Source: Chthonomonadales bacterium (GTDB lineage Bacteria > Armatimonadota > Chthonomonadetes > Chthonomonadales > CAJBBX01). Taken from it: a DNA stretch of 37,827 bases. Within the stretch, counting starts at the first letter, position 1, and every line of letters starts with the position of its first letter. The notes below the pieces were generated by a model. That model saw nothing but the letters and a program-made list of their open reading frames with translations, was not told the origin of the DNA and searched no databases. This document shows positions 17,198-29,259 of the stretch, piece by piece. The translations under genes were made by a program, and so were the position numbers. The stretch covers positions 1-37,827 of the forward strand of contig JBMFSQ010000031.1 of the NCBI GenBank assembly GCA_049967475.1. Direction: 5' to 3'.

Positions 17198-18391
17198 TCA
17201 ACGCACCTCCGCAGGCGCAACGGCAACGCTGTGCGGGCGGCCCGGTGAACAGAAAGCGGTCCGCAGGTCTTTGGCGAGGGCCGCCAGGGTCCAGAAGGCG
17301 CGGGCAGCGCTTGCCTGATCCAGAAGCGTGATCTTCAGCAGGCGGTGAGAATATGTGGTGGCCCAGTTATGCCCGAAGTACCCGTTGGGCGCCTGCACGC
17401 TGCGCCACACGAACTCTGCAGCCCTAGCGGCCACATCAAGCCAGCGCGCGTCATGGCCGGCACGATAAAGATCCACAAAGGCTCCGCAAAGGAGATGGGC
17501 GAAGGCAGCGTCATCATCAATTGCGCCGGTATCAGCCCGCACCCACTGTGTTTCGGCAGCCTTTGCAATTCGTTCCGCCTCCTTCAGGTATCCCGCGTCC
17601 CGCGTAACGGCATAGAAGAGGCAATTCGCCCGGATCATGAGCGCCGAGTTGTAGGACCACTTGCGCTTTTCCAAGGAGCCATCCACCCTGATCCCGTCGA
17701 AGTAGAGGCCGTCCCGGTCCTGCAGTGTCGTATTGATCCATTGATAAAGTCGGCGGGCTCGTGCCAGGTATTCCGGGGTGTGGGTCACTTGGTACAGAGA
17801 CAACAGCCCCACGATCACAGGCGCATTGGAGCATGCGGCCTTGTAGGTATGCTTCTGTTCATGCCAGTAGATGCCCCCGCCGCACGAAGCGTCCTGGCCG
17901 CTCAGAACAAAGGCCATGGCTCGCTCCGCCCTCGAAAGGTACTTCTTGTGATGCGTAAGGCGGTACATCTCGAGCAGATCGAGCACCACCCAGGCGTTGT
18001 CGTCGTAGTAGCGATCGGGCGAAGAGGCGTGGGGCAGCACGTCGTAACCGCCGATGCCGCCTGCCGTGATCCAGTAGGCGTCCAATGCGTCTGCATAAGC
18101 ACGCGCCTGGGCAAGGTATTCTGAGGGCCGCACGCGCGCCGCAGCAGCCAGGGCGCTGAGCTGAACACCTGCGCCCCATAAGAAGGCAGGCCGCTCTGGG
18201 GCGGGCTTCGCCAAATCCCGATCTTCGGCATAGAAGCCCGCATTGCCGAGGTACAGCGACCGGCGGATCCGTGCAAGGGTCTTTGAGCCCCACTCCTCGA
18301 AGGCGCCCGCTTCTCGTGGGATGGCGGCCTGCGCGCAATACCCGGGCAGAGATAGGGCCAAAAGGACTAAGACGAAAACCCGAGTTCTCAC
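17198..18391 (-). CDS. Secreted glycoside hydrolase family 76 (alpha-1,6-mannanase-like), ~397 aa
   Basis: Signal peptide from GTG 18391; YYDDNAW catalytic DD motif, GGGIYW, KAACSNAP, WSYN. Confidence 0.85.
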   Translation of the reverse strand: MRTRVFVLVLLALSLPGYCAQAAIPREAGAFEEWGSKTLARIRRSLYLGNAGFYAEDRDLAKPAPERPAFLWGAGVQLSALAAAARVRPSEYLAQARAYADALDAYWITAGGIGGYDVLPHASSPDRYYDDNAWVVLDLLEMYRLTHHKKYLSRAERAMAFVLSGQDASCGGGIYWHEQKHTYKAACSNAPVIVGLLSLYQVTHTPEYLARARRLYQWINTTLQDRDGLYFDGIRVDGSLEKRKWSYNSALMIRANCLFYAVTRDAGYLKEAERIAKAAETQWVRADTGAIDDDAAFAHLLCGAFVDLYRAGHDARWLDVAARAAEFVWRSVQAPNGYFGHNWATTYSHRLLKITLLDQASAARAFWTLAALAKDLRTAFCSPGRPHSVAVAPAEVR

Positions 18392-18435
18392 GTCAACGTC
18401 GCCTGCAATCGAAGGGGCCGCTGCCCTTCTGCCCT

Positions 18436-21186
18436 TCAAAGAGTAATCTCTGCACTCACCACGTCCTCCCCTATGACGCGCCGAAGTTTGAAGCCGAGTT
18501 TCTCGCACACATGCTGCATGGGGTGGTTCTCTGTGAGGATGTCGGCGCTGATGCGTGTGATCTTCTCATCTTTGGCCACCTGGAGCAACCGCGTCATCAT
18601 CTCCGTCCCCAGGCCGCGGTCCTGATACCGGTCGCTGATGAGGATGGAGAACTCGGCTTCCGACGTACCCGCGAGCTTGGCATAGCGCACCACTCCCAGG
18701 ATCTCGTGCTCGCCGGTATCGGTTTTGTGATCTGCCACCAGGGCGATCTCACGGTCGTAGTCGTTGAAGCAAATGCGGGTAAGCCGCTCGTGGGCTACAC
18801 GCTGGCTCAGCTTCATGGGATGGAAGAAGCGCATATAGACGGAACGCTCCGAAAGGCATTCGTGGAACTTCACGAGCAGCGGCTCGTCCTCCGGGCGGAT
18901 GGGGCGAATGAGCACCTCGGTGCCGTCCTTCATGGTGAAGGGCGCCACGTACTGCACAGGATAGGGGCGAACGGCCAGCCTGGGCAGATCGGCTTCCGTT
19001 ACCGATTGGTCAAACACCACCACGCGTGCATCCAGAGCCAGGAGCCCTTCGGGGGACGCCAACAGGGGATTGATGTCAATCTCCTTTACGAAGCGTTGCT
19101 CCACCACGAGCTGACTGAACAGCACCAGCAGATGCTCCAGAGCAGCCATATCTACGGGTTTGCGGCCCCGAACGCCCTTGAGAGCGGTATAGATCTTGGT
19201 TTGCTCCATCATGCGGCGGGCGAGAGTGGCGTTGAGGGGCGGCAGCGCCAGAGCTCGGTCCTGGAATACTTCAACCAACTGCCCGCCTGCTCCAAACAGC
19301 AACACGGGGCCGAACTGGGCATCCACGCTGCTTCCGAGGATGATCTCGTAGCCGTCGTGGAGGCGCACCATGGGTTGAACGGTAACGCCCATGAAGTCCG
19401 ACGGCTGCGCCTTCTCTTCCACGGAATGGCGGATCTCCTCGTATGCTTTGCGCACGGCGTCGGGCGTGGCCAGATTGAGCTTCACACCGCCCACGTCGGT
19501 CTTGTGGGTGATCGTCTCAGAGTGGAGTTTGAGGACCACGGGGTATCCCACCGCTTCGGCGGCTGCCACGGCCTCGTCTATAGAGGCGGCGATACGCCCT
19601 TGCGTGGTAGGGATGCGGTATGCCGCCAGAAGCTGCTTGGACTCATACTCCGTCAGAACGGTCCGCCCCGAGGCCCGCACACTCGTGATGAGGGCGGCTG
19701 CTCCCTCTCGGTCCGGTGGATTGGTCTCTTCGTCGGGCCGGGCGGATGGCGTCTCGTAGATGCCGCGGAGGTTGTAGCTGTACCGCCACATATAGTCGAA
19801 GGCGCGGGCGGCCGTGTCCGGATAGTCGAACGTAGGGATGTTGGATTTGTTGAGGATGGACACGCCTGCCATCACGTCTGCGCCGCCCATCCAGCTCGCA
19901 AGGATGGGTTTGCGGTCCAACTTGGCATAGCCCTTCATCCGTTCCGCCGTTTGGGTCGGATCGGTCATGGCCTGAGGCGTCAGGATCACCAAGAGGCCGT
20001 CTGTGTTGGGGTCGTTTGCCACGATTTCTATGGCCTTGGCATACCGCTCCGGATCGGCATCCCCCAGCACGTCAACGGGATTGTTGTGGCTCCAGTGAGC
20101 AGGCAGGATGGCGTTGAGCCTTTCGATCGTCTCGGGAGCCAACGGAGCGAGCTGGCCGCCGTTCGCCACGAGGGCATCCGTGGCCAAAACGCCCGGTCCG
20201 CCGGCGTTGGTGAGGATGCTCAGGCGCGGCCCTCGAGGGCTCGGTTGCTTGGACAGGACCTCAGCCATGTAGAAGAGGTCTGCGATGTTGGACACGCGCA
20301 GGGCGCCTACGCGGCGGAACGCGGCTTCCAGAACCTCATCGCTTCCGGTGAGGGACCCGGTATGGGATGCAGCGGCCTTGGCGGCTTCGGCGGATCGGCC
20401 CGCTTTAATGACGATGACGGGCTTGTTGAGGGACACCTCCCGCGCAGCAGATAGGAAAGATCGCGCATCGCCCACGGACTCCATATAGATTACGATGGAG
20501 CGTGTATAGGGATCGTCGCCCAGGTAGTCTATGAGGTCGCCCCATCCCACGTCCAGCATGGAGCCGATGGACACGAAGGCGCTGAAGCCCACCATCTCCT
20601 GAAGGCTCCAGTCCAGGACGGCCGTGCACAAAGCGCCGCTCTGACTGATGAAGCCCACATGACCGGGCCGTGCCATGGCGGCGGCAAAGGTAGCGTTGAG
20701 GCCGGTGAGCGGGCTCATGACGCCCAGGCAGTTGGGACCGATAACCCGAATGCCTCCCTTGCGCGCTTCAGCAAGTACTTCGCGTTCGAGCTGCGCACCG
20801 GCATCGCCCTGCTCTTTGAAGCCCGCAGAGATGATGATGGCGCCTTTTACGCCCACTTCGGCACACTCCCGTATGATGCCGGGAACCGTAGGCGCAGGAG
20901 TAGCGACCACAGCAAGGTCTATCTTCTCGGGAACCGCGGCTACGTTGGGGTAGGCCTTGATCCCAAGGACGCTGCTACGCTTGGGGTTTACGGGAAAGAC
21001 GGTACCGCCGAAGGGGCTGCTGATAAGGTTCCACAGGAGGGTGCGGCCTACGCTGCCCGGCGTTTCCGAGGCGCCGATAACGGCTACCGTTTGGGGAGCG
21101 AAGAGGACGCGCAGGGGATGCCTGCGCTGGCCGAGGATATCGTGAGCAGATTCAGTTGCGGGTTGGTTGTTGGTGCGGACATTCAT
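18436..21186 (-). CDS. Bifunctional NDP-forming acyl-CoA ligase-like / GNAT protein acetyltransferase (Pat/YfiQ type), ~916 aa
   Basis: CoA-binding VAVIGAS, GPNCLG, SQSGA, SHTGSL, ATP-grasp HKTDVGGV, C-terminal GNAT ([20 protein letters not shown]). Start MNVRT at 21186. Confidence 0.9.
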   Translation of the reverse strand: MNVRTNNQPATESAHDILGQRRHPLRVLFAPQTVAVIGASETPGSVGRTLLWNLISSPFGGTVFPVNPKRSSVLGIKAYPNVAAVPEKIDLAVVATPAPTVPGIIRECAEVGVKGAIIISAGFKEQGDAGAQLEREVLAEARKGGIRVIGPNCLGVMSPLTGLNATFAAAMARPGHVGFISQSGALCTAVLDWSLQEMVGFSAFVSIGSMLDVGWGDLIDYLGDDPYTRSIVIYMESVGDARSFLSAAREVSLNKPVIVIKAGRSAEAAKAAASHTGSLTGSDEVLEAAFRRVGALRVSNIADLFYMAEVLSKQPSPRGPRLSILTNAGGPGVLATDALVANGGQLAPLAPETIERLNAILPAHWSHNNPVDVLGDADPERYAKAIEIVANDPNTDGLLVILTPQAMTDPTQTAERMKGYAKLDRKPILASWMGGADVMAGVSILNKSNIPTFDYPDTAARAFDYMWRYSYNLRGIYETPSARPDEETNPPDREGAAALITSVRASGRTVLTEYESKQLLAAYRIPTTQGRIAASIDEAVAAAEAVGYPVVLKLHSETITHKTDVGGVKLNLATPDAVRKAYEEIRHSVEEKAQPSDFMGVTVQPMVRLHDGYEIILGSSVDAQFGPVLLFGAGGQLVEVFQDRALALPPLNATLARRMMEQTKIYTALKGVRGRKPVDMAALEHLLVLFSQLVVEQRFVKEIDINPLLASPEGLLALDARVVVFDQSVTEADLPRLAVRPYPVQYVAPFTMKDGTEVLIRPIRPEDEPLLVKFHECLSERSVYMRFFHPMKLSQRVAHERLTRICFNDYDREIALVADHKTDTGEHEILGVVRYAKLAGTSEAEFSILISDRYQDRGLGTEMMTRLLQVAKDEKITRISADILTENHPMQHVCEKLGFKLRRVIGEDVVSAEITL

Positions 21187-21254
21187 GGTTATCTCGTGTA
21201 GAGCGCGTTGGTATAGTGCGTTAGGGCAAGCAAACTCGGCCCATAGAAGCTCCT

Positions 21255-21280
21255 GCCCCCGCATGCGGGGGGTTGGGGGG
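21255..21280 (+). repeat. Palindromic REP-like repeat, copy 1
   Basis: GCCCCCGCATGCGGGGGGTTGGGGGG, with perfect palindrome CCCCCGCATGCGGGGG. Confidence 0.6.
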
Positions 21281-21455
21281 TGCGGAGCGCATTTATGTTG
21301 GTGAAACAGCCACGCAGGGTTGTGCCGCCTTTTGCGGACGCAGTGCGTCGGCCTGCGCGTGCCGGATATCGGTTTCTATCACAAACAGCCCGATACCTGC
21401 TATCATTGTACCCGCCGGGGGCGCAGCGATGGTGCCGCGAACCAACGGCCTCTCT

Positions 21456-21482
21456 GCCCGCCGCATGCGGGAGGTTGGGGGG
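21456..21482 (+). repeat. Palindromic REP-like repeat, copy 2
   Basis: GCCCGCCGCATGCGGGAGGTTGGGGGG. Confidence 0.6.
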
Positions 21483-21638
21483 CGGGGGAACACGCCTGGC
21501 CGCCGGGCAGTTCCGGAAGAGGGTTGATTGCGGAGCACACGCGGTGCCGGCGGCGTTCGGGGGTGTGCGATGCCGGCTCCGGCGTTTAGTTCCTCTGGAT
21601 ATCGGCGCGCCGATGTCTTTGCGCAGGTGAAGGAACGG

Positions 21639-22058
21639 ATGGATCCGCTTCAAGAACGCATGCAGAAGATCCTCAGCGGCCGGTCGTTCGCTGTTGTAGG
21701 GGCCTCGAACAACTCAGAAAAGGCGGGATATTGGGTTTATCGCAAGTTGAAAGAGGCAGGATACGCGGTCTTCGCTGTGAACCCCAACCGACGGGTCGTA
21801 CAAGGGGATGCGGCGTACCCGCATCTGAAGGCACTCCCTCAAGTCGTTGACTGCGTGGTGACCGTGGTGCCGCCTCCGATCACCCGAGCGGCAGTAGCAG
21901 AAGCGATAGAACAGGGTATCCAGGCTGTTTGGATGCAGCCGGGCTCAGAAGATGAAGCCGCCGTCCGCCTTGCCGAGGATCGAGGACTTACGGCAGTATA
22001 CGGCGGCCCATGCATCATGGTGCAGTTGAGCCTGCGTCGCTCGGGTTCACAGGTCTAG
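21639..22058 (+). CDS. CoA-binding protein (YccU-like), ~139 aa
   Basis: FAVVGASNNSEKAG, AVNP, AYPHL, VWMQPG, GPCIMV. AAGGA SD before ATG 21639. Confidence 0.9.
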   Translation: MDPLQERMQKILSGRSFAVVGASNNSEKAGYWVYRKLKEAGYAVFAVNPNRRVVQGDAAYPHLKALPQVVDCVVTVVPPPITRAAVAEAIEQGIQAVWMQPGSEDEAAVRLAEDRGLTAVYGGPCIMVQLSLRRSGSQV

Positions 22059-22195
22059 CTTCCGGGCGACGGTCTCCGCTTCGGCTCCTTCGCCCTCCTC
22101 CCCAGGCGGACACGGCAGCGGACCCACCCCTCGCCACGTACTGAAGCAATTACCCGGCCCCGGACGATGCGCCGGAATAGGACGCCGCCCCCCTG

Positions 22196-22222
22196 GCCCC
22201 CCGTATGCAGGAGGTTGGGGGG
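22196..22222 (+). repeat. Palindromic REP-like repeat, copy 3 (degenerate)
   Basis: GCCCCCCGTATGCAGGAGGTTGGGGGG. Confidence 0.55.
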
Positions 22223-22332
22223 CGCGGGGCCAACCTGGGGCCTCCGGCCGACCTTCGGGCCCTATCCCTTCAGGCATCCCGACAGTATTGCCTCTATGTT
22301 CGCGAAGGTGGAACACGCCGGGAGGCGCATTC

Positions 22333-23758
<1,426 letters not shown>

Positions 23759-23781
23759 ACGGCAACGTCAAAAAAGGCAGA

Positions 23782-24041
23782 GCTTTGATGGGGAGGAGTA
23801 GGCACTGGGCCGTCCTTCAGCGAGGGCAGGAGGGTGCGAGCTGCCCGGAGAAGGTCAGGCCGAACGTCGCCCCAGAGCTGGAGTGCCGAACACTGCGGAT
23901 CGCCGCGGTTGGTAGGGCTTCCGGGTGCGCCCGATAGCGCGCACGAGTGCGGAACAAGGCGGCAGTGTGCTGCGGTTCCGAACGTGGGTGGTACCGCGCG
24001 GGATGAAGCGCCCGCGTCCCTCGAGGACGCGGGCGCTTTGT
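23782..24041 (+). ncRNA. T-box riboswitch, valine-specific (specifier GUC)
   Basis: Stem I with GA motif (GCTTTGATGGGG...CCCCAGAGC), AGTA, CAGCGAG and GGTGCGA distal motifs, specifier GAAC-GTC at 23866-23868, T-box AACGTGGGTGGTACCGCG at 23981-23998, antiterminator 3' arm CGCGTCCC, terminator hairpin. Confidence 0.9.
24006..24041 (+). terminator. T-box-controlled intrinsic terminator
   Basis: 14-bp stem AAGCGCCCGCGTCC/GGACGCGGGCGCTT followed by a short TTTGT tract. Confidence 0.8.
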
Positions 24042-24058
24042 GCGTCAGAAACGAAACA

Positions 24059-24898
24059 ATGATGAATACGCTCGAAATGGCTTTGCTCGTTTGGAGCGCC
24101 TCATTGGGCGCCGGCTTTCTGGGAGCCCTCACAGGTCTCGGGGGAGGCGTTGTGATTGTGCCCCTCCTTACCCTTGGCTTCGGGATTGATATCCGCTACG
24201 CCGCGGGCGCATCGCTCATATCGGTGATCGCAACTTCCTCGGGGGCAGCAGCCGCTTACGTACGCGAGGGATACTCAAACGTGCGCATCGGGATGTTCCT
24301 GGAGATTGCTACCACGCTCGGAGCCATCGGCGGCGCCTATCTTGCCGCCCACGTGGCCGCCTCCACCATCGGCATCATCTTCGGCATCGTCCTCATCTAT
24401 TCCGCCGTTATATCGCGCCAGCCCCAGCGCGATCTCCCGCAAATCGGCAAGCCCGATCCCCTCGCCACGCGCCTCCGCATGAACGGTGCGTATCCCACTG
24501 CAGAGGGACTCAAACCCTATAACGTGCGTAATGTGCCTGCGGGCTTCGGCCTCATGGCGGTAGCCGGCATCCTTTCGGGCCTTTTGGGCATCGGCTCGGG
24601 AGCCGTAAAGGTGCTGGCCATGGATCAGGCCATGCGCCTTCCCTTCAAGGTGTCCACCACAACCAGCAACTTCATGATTGGTGTCACGGCTGCAGCCAGC
24701 GCCGGCGTCTATCTCAACAAGGGGTACATAGACCCAGGATTGGCAATGCCCGTAATGTTGGGCGTGGTATTGGGATCCGTCATCGGCACCCGCGTGCTGG
24801 TTCGCGCCAAGACACAAGCCCTGAGGCTCGTGTTCGCAGCGGTCATCCTCGCACTCGGGGTGGAGATGATCTTCAACAGCGTCACCGGAAGGATCTGA
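24059..24898 (+). CDS. TauE/SafE (TSUP) family membrane transporter, ~279 aa
   Basis: GFLGALTGLGGGVVIVP, SLISVIATSSG, SGLLGIGSG, STTTSNFMIGVTAAAS, multiple TMs. Start at 24059 or 24062. Confidence 0.9.
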   Translation: MMNTLEMALLVWSASLGAGFLGALTGLGGGVVIVPLLTLGFGIDIRYAAGASLISVIATSSGAAAAYVREGYSNVRIGMFLEIATTLGAIGGAYLAAHVAASTIGIIFGIVLIYSAVISRQPQRDLPQIGKPDPLATRLRMNGAYPTAEGLKPYNVRNVPAGFGLMAVAGILSGLLGIGSGAVKVLAMDQAMRLPFKVSTTTSNFMIGVTAAASAGVYLNKGYIDPGLAMPVMLGVVLGSVIGTRVLVRAKTQALRLVFAAVILALGVEMIFNSVTGRI

Positions 24899-24899
24899 T

Positions 24900-25289
24900 A
24901 TGGAAAAAGACCAAGCCATGATCCCTGCAGACCAGAAGATGGACGAGGTGATCGGCCACCTGCTCAGAGCGGGAGTGACCCTGGCGTCCGCTGTGGTGCT
25001 CATTGGAGGCATCATCTTTCTCGCACGCCACGGGATGGAACACCCGCATTACGGCGCCTTCAAAGGAGAGCCCGAAACTCTGCGCACCGTAGATGCCATC
25101 CTCAAAGCATCCGTAACATTGCAGGGTCGCGCCATCATTCAGCTAGGGCTTCTGATCCTCATGGCGACGCCTATCGCCCGTGTGGCGTTCTCCGTAGTTG
25201 CCTTCGCCCTCCAGCGCGATTGGCTCTATGTAGGCGTCACCTTGGTGGTGCTTTCTTTATTGCTCTACAGCCTAGCGGGCGGGCCCTAG
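24900..25289 (+). CDS. DUF1634 membrane protein, 129 aa
   Basis: IGHLLRAGV...IIQLGLLILMATPIARV...RDWLY; the usual partner of this TSUP subfamily, 1 nt downstream of it. Confidence 0.85.
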   Translation: MEKDQAMIPADQKMDEVIGHLLRAGVTLASAVVLIGGIIFLARHGMEHPHYGAFKGEPETLRTVDAILKASVTLQGRAIIQLGLLILMATPIARVAFSVVAFALQRDWLYVGVTLVVLSLLLYSLAGGP

Positions 25290-25322
25290 GCGAGGCGTCC
25301 AGGGAAGGAGAGGAGCGCGAAC

Positions 25323-28145
25323 ATGGATCTGGGTAAGGTCTACGAGCCCAAACAAGTTGAAGAGAAATGGTATGCCGTTTGGATGGAGGCTGGCTGGTTC
25401 CATCCGCAACCCGGCAAGGGCCGGCCGTACTGCATCACGATCCCGCCGCCGAATATCACAGGGAGCCTGCATATCGGGCATGCCCTCAACAACTCCATCC
25501 TGGATCTCATGACGCGCCGCCGCAGAATGCAGGGGTACAACACGCTCTGTCTGCCGGGAACGGACCATGCAGGCATCGCGACACAGAACGTAGTAGAGCG
25601 TGAGCTCGCGCGGGAGGGGCTGACACGCCACGATTTGGGGCGGGAGGCTTTCGTAGAGCGATGTTGGCAGTGGCGCAATGAATACGGCAATCGCATCCTC
25701 GCGCAGTTGCAAAAGCTTGGGTGCTCTTACGATTGGCAGCGCGGGCGTTTTACGCTGGATGATGCCTATGTAGAAGCCGTGTACGAAGAGTTTATCCGGT
25801 GGTGGGAGCGCGGATTGATTTATCGAGGCGCCCGCGTGGTGAATTGGTGCCCTCGCTGCCGCTCGGCCATTTCGGACATTGAAGTGGAGACCGAAGAGCG
25901 CCAGGGGAAGCTCTATACGTTTCGGTATCCCTTGGCTGATGGGTCCTCCTCCATTGCAGTCGCCACCACGCGCCCTGAAACGTTATTGGGTGACACGGCC
26001 GTCGCTGTGCATCCCGACGATACCCGCTACAGCCACCTTGTGGGTCAAACCGTTCTGATCCCGCTTACCTGGGATCCCGACAGTGAGCCGGCCCCTTCCG
26101 GCAGCCTGCCGGAGCGCTGGCGGCCGGCGCCCATCATCGCCGATGCGCACGTAAAGATGGAATTCGGGACCGGCGCTGTGAAGGTAACTCCTGCACACGA
26201 CTTGGACGACTTCGAAATCGGGCAGCGCCACGGCCTCGCGCAGATCGTAGTGATCGGGGAAGACGGAACCATGACCGCCGCCGCCGGTCCTCGATACCAG
26301 GGGCTCGACCGCTTCGAGGCGCGCAAGGCCGTCGTCCGAGATATGGAGGAGCTGGGTCTTCTAGTAGGCACCGAAGACTATACGGTGATGACGCCTCTTT
26401 GTGAACGGTGCGGAACGGTGCTGGAGCCCCTGCTATCCGAGCAGTGGTTTGCCCGGATGCAGCCCGAGCTGGCAGGCCCCGCCATACGGGCTGTAGAAGA
26501 GAACAAGGTCCGCTTCATCCCCGACCGATACCGCCGCATCTACCTCAACTGGATGGAGAACATCCGCCCGTGGTGCCTGTCACGGCAGCTCTGGTGGGGC
26601 CACCGCATCCCGGTTTGGTGGACGCAAGATGGGCGATGCGCTGCAGCACGCAACGAGCAGGAAGCAGCCGTGAAGCTCGGCGTGCCTCCTGAGGCCCTTC
26701 AGCAGGATCCCGACGTGCTAGACACGTGGTTTTCAAGCGCCCTCTGGCCCCATGCTACCCTGGGATGGCCCCACACGACCCCGGAGCTGGAGTTTTGGTA
26801 TCCTACCAACCTGCTCTCCACAGCCCAGGAGATCCTCTACCTTTGGGTTGCCAGAATGATCATGACGGGTCTGGATTTCATCAAGCGCCCGGCTGAAAGC
26901 ACACCCGAGGGCGACGGCATTCTGGAGGCTGATGGCCATACCCGCGCCATCATCCCCTTCTACGATGTGTACGTCCACGCCACGATCCTGGACGAGCGCG
27001 GCGAGCGCATGTCCAAAAGCAAAGGCAACGGCGTGGATCCTCTGGACATGATCGAGAAGTACGGTGCGGATGCGCTGCGTTTCTCGCTGTTGCAGCAGGC
27101 CGGCAAGAACCAGGACATCCGCTTCAGTGAAGACCGCATCCGTTTGGCGCGCAACTTCTGCAACAAGCTTTGGAACGCAGCGCGCTTCGTCCTCACCAGT
27201 GTCGAAGCAGCCGGCGCCTTCCCGCCTCATCCTGCTCCAGCCATGGAAGGCCTAGGCATTCCCGAGAGGTGGATCCTAAGCCGCCTCCAAGCTACGGTGG
27301 ATGTGGTGAACCGCTGCTTGGACGATTACGACATGGACGACGCCATGCGCGCCCTCTACAGCTTTGTGTGGGACGAGTTCTGCGACTGGTACGTGGAGAT
27401 CGCCAAGGTGCGCCTCCGAGGAGACGATGCCTCCTGCACCGGCGCGCTGGCCACCCTTGCTGCGGTGCTCGAAGGCATCCTCAGGCTCGCCCATCCGGCG
27501 ATCCCGTTCATTACCGAAGAAGTATGGCAATCCCTCAAGGAGATTGCGCGGCGGGGTGATGCACGCTCGTGGCCTGTGTTCGATGCCGCCACCATCATGT
27601 TCGCTCCATACCCCGCGCAGGAGGAAGAATGGCTCGACCCCGGTGCCGAAGAGCGCATGGTCCCCATCATCGAGGCCACCCATGCGCTGAGGAACCTTCG
27701 CGCCGAAGCCGGTATCGAGCCCGGACGCCGCATCACAGGGGCCGTCGTGCCCAGCTCAAGGGCAGCCGGCGTCACTCTCTCGGACTACGGCGAAATCGTG
27801 TGCCGCCTGGCCCGCCTCTCCACGTTGGAGATATGGGTCGAGCCGCCCGCGCCCACAGAAGATCCCACCGACCGCTGGATCGCCAGCCACACGGCAGCAG
27901 GAGAAGTCTATCTGCACGCAGGTGAAGCCTTGGACCTCTCCAGGGAGATGCAACGCGCCCTCAAGGAACTAGAGAGGCTGGAGGCCGACATCCGCAAATG
28001 CGAGGCCCGCCTTCAGAACCCCGACTTCACAAGCCGTGCTCCGGCTCACGTCGTAGACCAGGAGCGCGCCAGGCTCCACGCGCTCAAGGAGAAGCATTCC
28101 AAACTAGCTGCCCGCGCCAAAAGCCTGGGAGGATCGGCCCCCTAG
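25323..28145 (+). CDS. valS: Valine--tRNA ligase, 940 aa
   Basis: PPPNITGSLHIGHA, GTDHAGIATQ, GTGAVKVTPAHD, WCLSRQLWWGHRIP, DVLDTWFSS, RMSKSKGN, C-terminal coiled-coil arm. Strong SD. Confidence 0.98.
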   Translation: MDLGKVYEPKQVEEKWYAVWMEAGWFHPQPGKGRPYCITIPPPNITGSLHIGHALNNSILDLMTRRRRMQGYNTLCLPGTDHAGIATQNVVERELAREGLTRHDLGREAFVERCWQWRNEYGNRILAQLQKLGCSYDWQRGRFTLDDAYVEAVYEEFIRWWERGLIYRGARVVNWCPRCRSAISDIEVETEERQGKLYTFRYPLADGSSSIAVATTRPETLLGDTAVAVHPDDTRYSHLVGQTVLIPLTWDPDSEPAPSGSLPERWRPAPIIADAHVKMEFGTGAVKVTPAHDLDDFEIGQRHGLAQIVVIGEDGTMTAAAGPRYQGLDRFEARKAVVRDMEELGLLVGTEDYTVMTPLCERCGTVLEPLLSEQWFARMQPELAGPAIRAVEENKVRFIPDRYRRIYLNWMENIRPWCLSRQLWWGHRIPVWWTQDGRCAAARNEQEAAVKLGVPPEALQQDPDVLDTWFSSALWPHATLGWPHTTPELEFWYPTNLLSTAQEILYLWVARMIMTGLDFIKRPAESTPEGDGILEADGHTRAIIPFYDVYVHATILDERGERMSKSKGNGVDPLDMIEKYGADALRFSLLQQAGKNQDIRFSEDRIRLARNFCNKLWNAARFVLTSVEAAGAFPPHPAPAMEGLGIPERWILSRLQATVDVVNRCLDDYDMDDAMRALYSFVWDEFCDWYVEIAKVRLRGDDASCTGALATLAAVLEGILRLAHPAIPFITEEVWQSLKEIARRGDARSWPVFDAATIMFAPYPAQEEEWLDPGAEERMVPIIEATHALRNLRAEAGIEPGRRITGAVVPSSRAAGVTLSDYGEIVCRLARLSTLEIWVEPPAPTEDPTDRWIASHTAAGEVYLHAGEALDLSREMQRALKELERLEADIRKCEARLQNPDFTSRAPAHVVDQERARLHALKEKHSKLAARAKSLGGSAP

Positions 28146-29212
28146 GCAGCGCGCAGCCGTGCTTCAACATACTCGTAGAAGCGCCGGCTGCTGATGCGCT
28201 CGTGACCGATGGCCAGGGCAGGCGCCGGTACACCCTCCACATGGAGAAGGTGCGCCTCCAGTGCGCACAGATCCCGGTGGCGGTCTATGGCAAGCAGGTG
28301 GCGCAGGGAGCTATCGGGAACGGCTCCCTGTTGATCCTCCGGAATGGCGGCAAGAAACGTAAGGAGCTCCGCTTCTGTTCGGCCTAGGCCCAGCCCATCT
28401 GAGTGCGCCTCGATCTCCTCGGCCAAGTCCCGATCCTGATCGGAATAGACGGGAACGTACTTCTCCAGGGTGTCTATGGCGTCGGCAAGGAACACGCCCA
28501 CGGCGACACCGAGCCCCCACTTGAGGCCGGCCGCTACGATGGCGGCATCGTCGGAGGCTCCCGGGCCTTTACGGTGCCGGATGTACTGCCAAACCACTTC
28601 CGGCTCCTCGCGGCGATCCTCGCCCACGATCAAGCCATCGCGCCGAAACGCCTCGATCTGGGCTTCCCATTCCCCGTGGGCGAGTTCGTCGGCATTGAGA
28701 CCCATCTCTTCCATGCGGCGCGTGTCTACAAGATAGCACCGGCCACCGCCGATGCGCACGTGCCGTTCAGCCTCAACCTGGCGCCGGATGTCTACGTCGT
28801 CCCTGAGACCGCCTAAGTAGACGCCGCGCACAACATCCCAGGCGTCCACGTGAAAGTAACGCAAGGTCGAGATGCCCAAGAGCGGTTCTCCCGCCTCGTC
28901 GGCTAGGGAAGGCGGCGCGGCGCCGCTGACCGTAGTGCGGCAGAAGGCCCACACGGCGTCTATGAGGGACTGACGGTCCCGCTTGATGACGGCGGGATCC
29001 AGCCGCAGAGCGCGCACCACGTGGTCCATTGTTGTATTGGGATAGGCGTGCCCGCGGAATACGCCATGCCCTTCATGGCAATGCCCCAGCACACTCTGCA
29101 TTAAGATGAGCTGCTCATTGGGCCACGTGGTGCGTAACGTTTCGCGGGCATCCAGTACGGCGAAATCCTGCCGGATCATCTCGGGGGGCGCCACCCCCTT
29201 GCGTGTCTGCAT
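28142..29212 (-). CDS. Hypothetical cytoplasmic protein, 356 aa
   Basis: Long ORF with AGGAG SD, 47 nt downstream of the GH172 gene; its stop overlaps the valS stop. No family recognised. Confidence 0.75.
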   Translation of the reverse strand: MQTRKGVAPPEMIRQDFAVLDARETLRTTWPNEQLILMQSVLGHCHEGHGVFRGHAYPNTTMDHVVRALRLDPAVIKRDRQSLIDAVWAFCRTTVSGAAPPSLADEAGEPLLGISTLRYFHVDAWDVVRGVYLGGLRDDVDIRRQVEAERHVRIGGGRCYLVDTRRMEEMGLNADELAHGEWEAQIEAFRRDGLIVGEDRREEPEVVWQYIRHRKGPGASDDAAIVAAGLKWGLGVAVGVFLADAIDTLEKYVPVYSDQDRDLAEEIEAHSDGLGLGRTEAELLTFLAAIPEDQQGAVPDSSLRHLLAIDRHRDLCALEAHLLHVEGVPAPALAIGHERISSRRFYEYVEARLRAA

Positions 29213-29259
29213 GGCAGCTCCTGTCTTCCAAAACGGGCGGCCGAACTTTCAGCACGCTC

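Noticed and set aside
18271..20454. 727-aa plus-strand ORF
   Set aside because: Antisense shadow of the well-supported Pat-type gene; no recognisable motifs, and long antisense ORFs are expected in GC-rich coding DNA.
23834..24058. 75-aa N-terminal extension of the TSUP ORF in the ORF track
   Set aside because: It runs through the T-box leader and terminator; the real protein most likely begins at 24059 or 24062.
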